Shown here piece by piece: positions 35,911 to 44,618 of a stretch of DNA of 64,000 bases (positions are counted from its first letter, which is position 1; the number at the start of each line of letters is the position of its first letter). Where the stretch lies: positions 3,748-67,747 of the forward strand of contig CAZMCP010000007.1 in assembly GCA_964565035.1 (NCBI GenBank). Reading direction: 5' to 3'. The notes beneath the pieces were generated by a model that saw nothing but the letters and a program-made list of their open reading frames with translations, was not told the origin of the DNA and made no database searches. The position numbers and the translations under genes are program-made. The DNA is from an uncultured Flavobacterium sp. (GTDB lineage Bacteria > Bacteroidota > Bacteroidia > Flavobacteriales > Flavobacteriaceae).

Positions 35911-37464
35911 TTATAAATCAAATTTAATTCCTTGTGCTAAAGGTAATTGATCAGAATAATTAACTGTGTTTGTTTGTCTTCTCATATATACTTTCCAAGC
36001 GTCAGAACCCGACTCGCGTCCACCGCCAGTTTCCTTTTCTCCACCGAATGCACCACCAATTTCAGCACCAGAGGTTCCGATGTTTACGTTTGCAATTCCA
36101 CAGTCAGATCCAGCAAATGATAAGAATTTTTCTGCTTCTTTCATACTGTTTGTCATGATTGAAGAAGATAAACCTTGAGCAACTCCATTTTGTAATTCAA
36201 TAGCATTTTCAACTTCTCCACTATATTTCATTAAATATAAAATTGGAGCAAAAGTTTCGTGTTGAACAATTTCAAAATGATTTTCTGCTTCAATGATAGC
36301 TGGTTTTACATAACATCCAGATTCGTATCCTTCCCCAGATAAAACGCCTCCTTCAACTAATACTTTTCCTCCTTCTGCTTTCGCTTTTTCAATCGCAGCT
36401 AAATAAGTGTTTACTGCATCTGTATCAATAAGTGGTCCTACGTGGTTTTTCTCATCTAATGGGTTACCAATTTTAATTTGTCCGTATGCACCTACAATGG
36501 CGTCACGTACTGTATCATAAACTGATTCGTGGATAATTAATCTACGAGTAGAAGTACATCTTTGTCCCGCAGTTCCAACCGCTCCGAAAACCGCTCCAGG
36601 AACTACCACTTTTAAATCGGCAGTAGGAGTGATGATAATTGCGTTGTTTCCACCTAACTCTAATAAAGATTTTCCAAATCTTTCAGCAACTTTTGCACCA
36701 ACAATTCTTCCCATTCTTGTTGAACCAGTTGCAGAAACTAATGGAATTCTAGTATCTGTAGTAATCATTTCACCTACTTTGTAGTCTCCGTTTACGATAC
36801 AAGAAATTCCTTCTGGTAAATTATTTGCTTTTAAAACATCAGCAATAATATTTTGACAAGCGATCGTACAAATTGGTGCTTTTTCAGAACCTTTCCATAC
36901 ACAAACGTCTCCACAAATCCATGCTAAAGCCGTGTTCCAAGACCAAACGGCAACTGGGAAGTTGAAAGCAGAAATGATTCCAACAATTCCAATCGGGTGC
37001 CATTGCTCACGCATTACGTGACCTGGACGTTCTGATGGAATAACCTGACCGTTTAATTGACGAGATAAACCAACTGCGAAGTCGCAGATGTCGATCATTT
37101 CTTGAACTTCTCCGTAACCTTCTTGTAAAGATTTCCCCATTTCGTAAGAAACTAATTTTCCTAGAGGTTCTTTTAATTCTCTTAATTTATTTCCAAACTG
37201 ACGTACAATTTCTCCACGTTGTGGCGCTGGCATTGCTCTGAAAACTTTGAAAGCTTCTTCAGCAGTTTTGATTACTTTTTCGTAATCTGCAGCTGTTGTA
37301 GTTTTTACTTTTCCGATTAATTGACCATCAACTGGAGAATAAGATTCTATTATTTCTCCTGAAGAAAAACTATTTGAACCTGTTGAAGTTCCGTCGTTTA
37401 CTCCTTTAATTCCTAATGCTTTTAATGCTTCTTGCATTCCGAATTGTGATGCTATTGTTGACAT
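35911..37464 (-). CDS. Aldehyde dehydrogenase, ALDH7/antiquitin-like (piperideine-6-carboxylate dehydrogenase type)
   Basis: SAFNFPVAVW, ATGS, LELGGNN, GTAGQRCT, ETFAP, GGEKETGGGRESGSDAWK. Confidence 0.92.
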   Translation of the reverse strand: MSTIASQFGMQEALKALGIKGVNDGTSTGSNSFSSGEIIESYSPVDGQLIGKVKTTTAADYEKVIKTAEEAFKVFRAMPAPQRGEIVRQFGNKLRELKEPLGKLVSYEMGKSLQEGYGEVQEMIDICDFAVGLSRQLNGQVIPSERPGHVMREQWHPIGIVGIISAFNFPVAVWSWNTALAWICGDVCVWKGSEKAPICTIACQNIIADVLKANNLPEGISCIVNGDYKVGEMITTDTRIPLVSATGSTRMGRIVGAKVAERFGKSLLELGGNNAIIITPTADLKVVVPGAVFGAVGTAGQRCTSTRRLIIHESVYDTVRDAIVGAYGQIKIGNPLDEKNHVGPLIDTDAVNTYLAAIEKAKAEGGKVLVEGGVLSGEGYESGCYVKPAIIEAENHFEIVQHETFAPILYLMKYSGEVENAIELQNGVAQGLSSSIMTNSMKEAEKFLSFAGSDCGIANVNIGTSGAEIGGAFGGEKETGGGRESGSDAWKVYMRRQTNTVNYSDQLPLAQGIKFDL

Positions 37465-37523
37465 ATTTAACTTTATTATGTGTTTTTGTTATTTTTGTGC
37501 AAATGTATGTTTTTTTTTGAATA

Positions 37524-37663
37524 TTTAGCCCTGATTATAGCGATAGCTTTTTGAAATAAAAGGCTTGTAATTGTGGTACTAACAAAGCGACAATAGAAGC
37601 TCATGTTAGTACCTACTATTACTACTTTTTATAAAAAAACTAAAGCGTAAAGCAGGAATGGCT
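37524..37663 (-). repeat. MITE-like dispersed repeat (copy 2)
   Basis: tttagccctgattatagcgatagctttttg ... aaaactaaagcgtaaagcaggaatggct resembles the reverse complement of the 5452-5538 ends; internal 10-bp inverted repeat ggtactaaca/tgttagtacc. Confidence 0.65.
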
Positions 37664-38189
37664 ACTTAATAAATCTTAGATCTGTTTCCATAATCGTTCC
37701 ACATTTAGTGCAGGTTCTTTTTTCTTCAGATGTATAGAAATCCTTAAAGTGTTGAAGAAAATCTTTTTCAATATCGTTTAGTCCAAAGTAAACTTCATGT
37801 AATTTATGATTGCAGTTATCACAAAACCAAAGCAACCCATCTTTACCTTCAGTTCTTTTTCGTTCAATTACCAAACCAATAGAGCCTTCGGTTCGATTAG
37901 GAGAATGTGGTACTTTTGCAGGATGTAAATACATATCGCCAGCAGACAGTTTCATTGTTTTCTTTTCTCCATTTTCCTGAATATAAACTGTTATTTGACC
38001 TTCAAGTTGGTAAAATAATTCTTCAGTTTCATTATAATGGTAATCTTTACGGGCATTAGGTCCGCCTACAATCATCACAATATAATCGTCTGATTCTATA
38101 TATAAATTCTTATTTGCAACAGGTGGTTTAAGAAGATGACGGTTTTCTTCTATCCATTTATTAAGATTGAATGGCCTTTTAATTGACAT
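37662..38189 (-). CDS. nbaC: 3-hydroxyanthranilate 3,4-dioxygenase
   Basis: LKPPV, GGPNARKDYH, EELFYQ, PHSP, and the CDNC/CTKC pair. Confidence 0.95.
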   Translation of the reverse strand: MSIKRPFNLNKWIEENRHLLKPPVANKNLYIESDDYIVMIVGGPNARKDYHYNETEELFYQLEGQITVYIQENGEKKTMKLSAGDMYLHPAKVPHSPNRTEGSIGLVIERKRTEGKDGLLWFCDNCNHKLHEVYFGLNDIEKDFLQHFKDFYTSEEKRTCTKCGTIMETDLRFIK

Positions 38190-38218
38190 GACTAATTTTT
38201 AAAGTAAAGTTATAAAAT

Positions 38219-38243
38219 AAAAAATCCCGAACGAGTCGGGATT
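38219..38243 (-). terminator. Terminator after the nuclease gene
   Basis: aatcccga-acgag-tcgggatt followed by a T-run on the minus strand. Confidence 0.65.
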
Positions 38244-38248
38244 AGTTA

Positions 38249-39355
38249 TTATTTGAATTCTTTTATTAAATAAATGTAAACTGGAAAGTGATCACTAAAT
38301 CCAATTTCATTTGCAGAGTGTCGAAGGGGATAACCTTTATATTGTCCGTCCTTTTGGATTAAATAAGGCTTATTATAAATACCAGCTTTCCAATAGGTCC
38401 ATGAAGCATAATTTGCATTAACAAGTCGTTCTGAAACCATGATTTGGTCAAAAATATCCCCTGCATCTCTATGGAAAAGTGTAGCGTTACCTTCTTTAAA
38501 CATTTGCTCAAATGGATTATATATATCTCTCGGTGCTTCCAATTCTGTTTTTTTAAGTTTTGCTCCTAACTCAACTTTCACACTCTTATTATATGACCCA
38601 TCATTTAAATCTCCCATTGTGATAAACTTTGCATTTGGTTTGATTTTAATAATAGAATCTATAATTTGTCTATTTAATCTACCAGCTGCTTCACGGAAAG
38701 GACTACTTTTTTTCTCACCTCCTGAACGAGATGGCCAGTGATTTACAATAATGTTAACCTCTTCACCATCTAACAAACCAGTAACTAGTAACTGATCTCT
38801 AGTGAATACTCTGTTTGTTGAATTATCTATACTCACAGCATCATCAGTTTTTTCTTCTTCCTCTTTTTTCTCTTTTGAAGAAGATTTTTTATTGTAAATG
38901 TACAATGGCACATTTACATAACTTGTAGGTTGAAAATGTTTTTTTTGATATAACAAAGCCACATCGATACCTCTTTTATCTGGCGAATCAAAATGTACGA
39001 TCCCATAATCTTTATCGATTAAGTTAGGCTGTTTAACCAAATCTTCTAAAACTCCTCTATTTTCAATTTCACATCCTCCAATTAGAACTGGAGATGCTTT
39101 TTGTTGGTCACTTGTGCCAATTTCTGACAAGACTCGACTTAAATTTTCAAGTTTTTTCTTATATTTTTTTCCAGTCCAATTTTGTGCTCCATCGGCTAAC
39201 CATTCTTCATCATTATTTGGTCCATTTATGGTATCAAATAAATTCTCAAAGTTGTAAAAAGCCACGGTTTGCAAGGCAAACTTTTTAGCTTGCTGTGCCG
39301 TTGCGGAGAAACCTATTAAAGTGATAAATAGGTAGATAAAACTTTTAATTTTCAT
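38249..39355 (-). CDS. Secreted endonuclease/exonuclease/phosphatase (EEP) family protein
   Basis: Signal peptide, FYNFENLFD, CEIEN, DKRGIDVA, NHWPSR, MGDLND, FDQI, SDHFPV. Confidence 0.92.
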   Translation of the reverse strand: MKIKSFIYLFITLIGFSATAQQAKKFALQTVAFYNFENLFDTINGPNNDEEWLADGAQNWTGKKYKKKLENLSRVLSEIGTSDQQKASPVLIGGCEIENRGVLEDLVKQPNLIDKDYGIVHFDSPDKRGIDVALLYQKKHFQPTSYVNVPLYIYNKKSSSKEKKEEEEKTDDAVSIDNSTNRVFTRDQLLVTGLLDGEEVNIIVNHWPSRSGGEKKSSPFREAAGRLNRQIIDSIIKIKPNAKFITMGDLNDGSYNKSVKVELGAKLKKTELEAPRDIYNPFEQMFKEGNATLFHRDAGDIFDQIMVSERLVNANYASWTYWKAGIYNKPYLIQKDGQYKGYPLRHSANEIGFSDHFPVYIYLIKEFK

Positions 39356-39399
39356 ATATTTACATTATTTTTTTGTAAACTTAATTACAATTTTCTGGC

Positions 39400-39435
39400 C
39401 AAAAGTAAATAATATTATTAAAAAATGTACATTTG
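39400..39435. promoter_or_regulatory. Back-to-back Bacteroidota -7 promoter elements
   Basis: TACTTTTG on the minus strand (39400-39407) and TACATTTG on the plus strand (39428-39435). Confidence 0.6.
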
Positions 39436-39489
39436 TCGCCCTGCTTTTTAAAAACGAGTAGGAAAAAGTAAATTAATTTAATTTTATTT

Positions 39490-42303
39490 ATGAAAAAACT
39501 TGTCTTAAGTACACTGTTTGTATTGCATGCTTTTTTAGTTTTTGCACAACAACCTACTGGGATTTCTGGAAAGGTTCTTGACGCCAAAACTCAGAATCCG
39601 TTACGTAATGTGGTAGCATCAATTCAAAACACAAATTTAACTCAGCTTACAGATGCTGAAGGTAAATTTATTTTTAAAGATGTTGCTGTTGGTAGCCAAT
39701 ATCTAAGAATTAAAAGTGATGGTTATAAAGAGCAATTATTACCAATTGAAATCGTAAAAAACCAAGTTCTTGATTTAGGAATTATTGTTTTAGAAGACGA
39801 TTCTCAAGCGACTGAGCAACAAATAAGCTTAGTCACAATCACTGAAAATGATTTAGGTGATGACAATAGTGGATCAGAAAGTACATCTGGTTTATTACAA
39901 GCCTCTCGTGATGCATTTCAACAAACAGCAGCCTTTAATTGGGGGCAAGCTCGCTTTAGAATAAGAGGTTTAGATAATGAGTATGCAACAACAATGATTA
40001 ATGGTGTTGCAATGAACAAAATCTACGACGGAAGACCTCAATGGGGTAACTGGGGTGGTTTAAATGATGCTACAAGAAATCAAGAGTTTACGATGGGCTC
40101 TACTCCTTCAGATTATACATTTGGTGGAATATTAGGAACTCAAGAAATTAACACGCGCGCTTCAATTTACAGACCAGGTTCAAGAATTTCATTTTCTGGA
40201 GCCAACACAAATTACAATTGGAGAGCTATGGCAACTCATGCCTCTGGAATGAACACAAAAGGATGGGCTTTTGTTATTTCAGCTTCAGGGAGATGGGCAG
40301 ATGAAGCTCATTTTGAAGGCACAACTTACGACGCAAAATCGCTTTTTGCTTCGGTTGAAAAAAGATTCAATGAAAAACACAGTTTAAACTTTACATCTAT
40401 ATATGCTGATAATATTAGAGGTAAAAACTCTCCTAACACAGATGAAGTAACTAATCTTGCAGGTGTTAAATACAACTCTTACTGGGGATGGCAAGATGGA
40501 AAGAAAAGAAACTCAAGAATTAAAAACTTGAGCGAACCAATCATGATGTTAAGTCACTATTGGAAATTTAATGATAAAACAAAATTAAATACTAACGTTG
40601 CTTATCAAACTGGACGTATTGGAAACAGTCGTTTAGATTATCAAGGAGCTCCAAATCCCGATCCAACATATTATAGAAATTTACCAAGTTATTTCACATC
40701 GCAATATGATCAAGATACAGGTGTATTCATTGGAAACTCTCCACAAAATCAATCTGATGCTCAAAATGCTAAGTTTTTAACTCAAAAACAATTAGATTGG
40801 AACGGTATTTATCAATTTAATAAAAACACTCAAAATGGCAGAAGTGCTTATGTGTTATATGAAGACAGAACTGATGATACTACTATCTCGGCTAACACAA
40901 TCTTAAACACACAGTTGTCTGACAATATTGTATTAAACGCTGGTTTCAATTACAAAAATTTAAAATCTAAAAACTTCCAATATTTAATGGATTTACTTGG
41001 AGGTCAATTCTTTGAGGATAAAGATCTTTTTGCAAACGTTGAAGTTGGACAATCTACAGAAGCAGATTTAAATAATCCAAATAGAAATGTAGTTGTAGGA
41101 GACAAGTTTGGCTATAACTATAACTTATATGCCTCAACATATGATGCTTTTACACAATTCAAATTTAACTACAAAAAAATTGATTTTTATTTAGCACAAA
41201 ACTACAATAGAAGTGAATACCAAAGAGAAGGATTATACAAAAGTGGAATTTATCCAACAAATTCTTTTGGGAAAAGCAACAAAATCACTTTTGAAAATTT
41301 TGGTTTTAAAGGAGGATTAACATATAAATTATCAGGAAAACATTATTTTGATGTAAATGCAGCTTATTTAACTAAAGCTCCAACTTTGAGAAATGTATAT
41401 CCAAACGCAAGACTAAATAACAACACAACTATAGGTATTGACAATGAAACTGTTTATTCATTTGACGGTAGTTATGTTATGAGAGCTCCAAGATTTAAAA
41501 TGCGTTTAACTGGATATTTCAATAAAATAGAAAACGCAACTGAAACATCTTTCTTCTTTGCAGAAGGAATTATTGATGATGGTGGAGGAAGTGATACTGA
41601 CGCCTTTGTTGCAGAAACTGTTACTAATATTAACAAAAAGAATATTGGAGGAGAATTTGGAATTGAGTGGAACGTAACATCAACAATAAAAGCAACTGGT
41701 GCTGCTGCATATGGACAAAACGTTTATGCAAATAATCCTCATGTTTACATTAATAACGATGGAGCTGCGACATCAACTAACACTAATCCAGTTATAGATT
41801 TTGGAACCTCTTCTATGAAAGGTTACAGAGTTGCTGGATCTCCTCAACAAGCTTACTCAGTAGGTCTAGAATATCGTGCGCCTAAATTCTGGTGGATTGC
41901 AGCAAATGCAAACTATATGGACGACTCTTATCTTGACATCTCTACAATTTTAAGAACTCAAAACTTTTATGTTGATCCTGCTTACGGTAATGGGGTACCT
42001 TTCCCTGAAGCTACTCCAGAGAGAGCAAGAGAATTATTAAAACAAGAAAAATTCGATAGAATTCGTTTAGTAAACTTAACAGGAGGTAAATCTTGGAGAA
42101 TTAAAGGTAAAACTTTAGGTTTCTTTGCTTCAGTAAACAATGTATTTGATGAAGTATATAAAAGTGGTGGTTTTGAACAAGCAAGAAATGCTAATTATAG
42201 AGAGTTAAATCAAGATGTATCAAGTGGTACGCCATCTTTTGCTCCTAAGTATTTCTATGGTTACGGAAGAACTTACTTTGTTAACGTGTATATTAACTTC
42301 TAA
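39490..42303 (+). CDS. TonB-dependent receptor-like outer-membrane protein with N-terminal carboxypeptidase-regulatory-like domain
   Basis: ISGKVLD N-domain, FRIRG plug motif, VNNVFD and C-terminal GRTYFVNVYINF. Confidence 0.88.
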   Translation: MKKLVLSTLFVLHAFLVFAQQPTGISGKVLDAKTQNPLRNVVASIQNTNLTQLTDAEGKFIFKDVAVGSQYLRIKSDGYKEQLLPIEIVKNQVLDLGIIVLEDDSQATEQQISLVTITENDLGDDNSGSESTSGLLQASRDAFQQTAAFNWGQARFRIRGLDNEYATTMINGVAMNKIYDGRPQWGNWGGLNDATRNQEFTMGSTPSDYTFGGILGTQEINTRASIYRPGSRISFSGANTNYNWRAMATHASGMNTKGWAFVISASGRWADEAHFEGTTYDAKSLFASVEKRFNEKHSLNFTSIYADNIRGKNSPNTDEVTNLAGVKYNSYWGWQDGKKRNSRIKNLSEPIMMLSHYWKFNDKTKLNTNVAYQTGRIGNSRLDYQGAPNPDPTYYRNLPSYFTSQYDQDTGVFIGNSPQNQSDAQNAKFLTQKQLDWNGIYQFNKNTQNGRSAYVLYEDRTDDTTISANTILNTQLSDNIVLNAGFNYKNLKSKNFQYLMDLLGGQFFEDKDLFANVEVGQSTEADLNNPNRNVVVGDKFGYNYNLYASTYDAFTQFKFNYKKIDFYLAQNYNRSEYQREGLYKSGIYPTNSFGKSNKITFENFGFKGGLTYKLSGKHYFDVNAAYLTKAPTLRNVYPNARLNNNTTIGIDNETVYSFDGSYVMRAPRFKMRLTGYFNKIENATETSFFFAEGIIDDGGGSDTDAFVAETVTNINKKNIGGEFGIEWNVTSTIKATGAAAYGQNVYANNPHVYINNDGAATSTNTNPVIDFGTSSMKGYRVAGSPQQAYSVGLEYRAPKFWWIAANANYMDDSYLDISTILRTQNFYVDPAYGNGVPFPEATPERARELLKQEKFDRIRLVNLTGGKSWRIKGKTLGFFASVNNVFDEVYKSGGFEQARNANYRELNQDVSSGTPSFAPKYFYGYGRTYFVNVYINF

Positions 42304-42315
42304 TTTGATAGTAAG

Positions 42316-42921
42316 ATGAAAAACATAAAATCAATATTATTTTTAGCGATTGCTTTTGGTACTCTATCAAGTTGTACTGAAGATGATGCTTATGAAATCC
42401 CAACTTTTAAGTCTACTATATTTGAAGAAAATTTTTCTGATAATGAAGATGGTACAGTTCTTAATACTAATGGCTGGAGTAACTATGCTCAACAAGGTAC
42501 AAAAAAATGGACTGAAGAAGTCTTTAGTGGCAATGGTTACGCCGAATTTACATCGTTTAATTCTGGACAAGCAGTAAATGTTGCATGGTTAATTTCTCCT
42601 GAAATTGATATGGACAAACAAGAAGGTGAAAAATTACATTTTCAAACTGCTCATAGTTTCTTAACAAGTAGAGATAATCCAATTGAGTTATTAGTTTCAA
42701 CTGATTATGATGGTGTTAACTTTAACAATTCAAGTTGGGTAAAATTAGAAGCTAGAATGGTAACTCCTGATAATGTTAGATTCACATGGATCAACTCAGG
42801 TGCAGTTGATTTATCTAAGTTTACGGGAAAATTACATTTTGCATTTAGAGTAACTGGATCAGGTACAAATACAAATCTTGATGGAACATATCAAGTAGAT
42901 AACATTCGTGTTTTTAACTAA
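42316..42921 (+). CDS. Surface lipoprotein (choice-of-anchor J / DUF5017-like beta-sandwich)
   Basis: Lipobox LSSC followed by acidic residues; WLISP, VSTDYDG, SGAVDLS, YQVDNI. Confidence 0.8.
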   Translation: MKNIKSILFLAIAFGTLSSCTEDDAYEIPTFKSTIFEENFSDNEDGTVLNTNGWSNYAQQGTKKWTEEVFSGNGYAEFTSFNSGQAVNVAWLISPEIDMDKQEGEKLHFQTAHSFLTSRDNPIELLVSTDYDGVNFNNSSWVKLEARMVTPDNVRFTWINSGAVDLSKFTGKLHFAFRVTGSGTNTNLDGTYQVDNIRVFN

Positions 42922-42931
42922 AAATTAGATT

Positions 42932-44299
42932 ATGAAAATTAATATATTAACAGTTTCAGGTTTATTAGCCATTGCTTTAAATTTTTCTGGTTGTGCTGAA
43001 AACGATTTTAACGAGCCTGCAAACACATGTGTAGAAACAACTTGGGTAAAAACTAAAGAAGTTCAGGATATAGTAGCACTGGCTACACTTACTGGTTCAA
43101 CACCTACAGAATATACTTTAGATGATGTAATTGAAGCTTATGTAACTTCAAACGACGAAAGAGGTAACTTTTATAAAACAGTGCATTTACAAACTTTACC
43201 TTCAATATCAACTCCAAATCCTGTTGGTATAGTTCTTTCCTTAGACAAAGAAGGTTTATTTGGAAAAAGGTTTACCCCTGGTAAAAAAGTAACCATTAAC
43301 CTAAAAGGGATGTATTACGCCATAGTTGATGGCTCTTTAAAATTAGGTTCTTTGTTTGAATTAACTCAAGTTGGAAGAGTTGCTGAAAGAGATATCGACA
43401 AGTTTGTGTTTCCAGCTTGTGATATTAAAGTTCCAGAAAGCGATCTTGTAAGAACAATGCCAATAGCAACAGCAATAACAAATGCTAACTTAAATACATT
43501 AATCGAATTAGATAATGTAGAATTTGCTGATGCTTCTTTAGGAAGAACTTTATACGATGTTGATTCTGGAGGTGGCGCAACTAACCATGAAGTTGTTGAC
43601 ATAACTACTGGAGTTAGAACAATTTTAAGAGTTAGTAGTTTTGCTGGATTTGCTGGTCAAAAAGTTCCTTCAGGAAGTGGAAAAATAAGAGGTGTATTAA
43701 CTAAATTTGGAAGTACTTTTCAATTTATGGTTAGAGATTTTAGTGATTTTAAATTAACATCTCCACGTCCATTTAACTTTACAGGAACACAAACCGAAAA
43801 TTTTGAATCATATTCAACTGCTAGCACTAATCAACCAATGTTGACTAAATATTTAAACCTACCTGTTGTAGGAACTAAATCTTGGTTAGTAAAAACTTCT
43901 TCTGGATTTACTAAATATTTAGAGATGACTTCATTCTCTACTAATACAACTCCTGAGAAAAGCAGAAGTTTGTTTTTAGTACCTGTTGATTTCACAGCAG
44001 CATCAACTTTATCTTTCCAAATTAGAGCACAATTCTATAATGGGTCTTGCTTTAAAGTATATTACACTACTAACTATATTCCAGGTGAAAAAATATCATC
44101 AGCTACTTTGTACGATATTTCTTCTTCTTTTGCTATTCCAACAGCTAATACTGCTACTTTTGGTAATGCTGGAACGTACAATATACCTACAAATGTAACA
44201 GGCAACGGTTTCTTTGTATTTGAATATATAGGGAGTAATTTAACTAGCGCACCTGTTGTTACAACAACAATTCAATTAGATAATATTATAATTAACTAA
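42932..44299 (+). CDS. DUF5689-like lipoprotein with C-terminal beta-sandwich
   Basis: Lipobox FSGC; IEAYVTSNDERGNFYK, RVSSFAGFA...VPSGSGKIRGVL. Confidence 0.82.
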   Translation: MKINILTVSGLLAIALNFSGCAENDFNEPANTCVETTWVKTKEVQDIVALATLTGSTPTEYTLDDVIEAYVTSNDERGNFYKTVHLQTLPSISTPNPVGIVLSLDKEGLFGKRFTPGKKVTINLKGMYYAIVDGSLKLGSLFELTQVGRVAERDIDKFVFPACDIKVPESDLVRTMPIATAITNANLNTLIELDNVEFADASLGRTLYDVDSGGGATNHEVVDITTGVRTILRVSSFAGFAGQKVPSGSGKIRGVLTKFGSTFQFMVRDFSDFKLTSPRPFNFTGTQTENFESYSTASTNQPMLTKYLNLPVVGTKSWLVKTSSGFTKYLEMTSFSTNTTPEKSRSLFLVPVDFTAASTLSFQIRAQFYNGSCFKVYYTTNYIPGEKISSATLYDISSSFAIPTANTATFGNAGTYNIPTNVTGNGFFVFEYIGSNLTSAPVVTTTIQLDNIIIN

Positions 44300-44312
44300 A
44301 AAAGTATTAGTT

Positions 44313-44343
44313 AAAAAAGGCTCCTCATAGGAGCCTTTTTTTT
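44313..44343 (+). terminator. Intrinsic terminator
   Basis: aaaaaaggctcct-cat-aggagcctttttttt. Confidence 0.8.
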
Positions 44344-44569
44344 GCCACAAAACAAAATCTTTAACTTATATAGTTTCTTAAATCATTCGACTAATTTTTA
44401 AAATATATTAATTGATTATGTATAAGTGTCAAGGTATTTTAAATTGGCAACAGAAAAATAAATATGATAATTACAATATATTTAAAGTTATAAAAAGTAT
44501 CATTTCTTCTCAGCAAACGATAAATTCTTTATAGCTTCAACAAGAAAAAAATAAAGAACCCTAAATAAA

Positions 44570-44595
44570 AAAAACCCATCAAATGATGGGTTTTT
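44570..44595 (-). terminator. Intrinsic terminator
   Basis: aaaaacccatc-aaat-gatgggttttt. Confidence 0.75.
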
Positions 44596-44618
44596 AATTT
44601 AGTATATAAGAAAATAAA

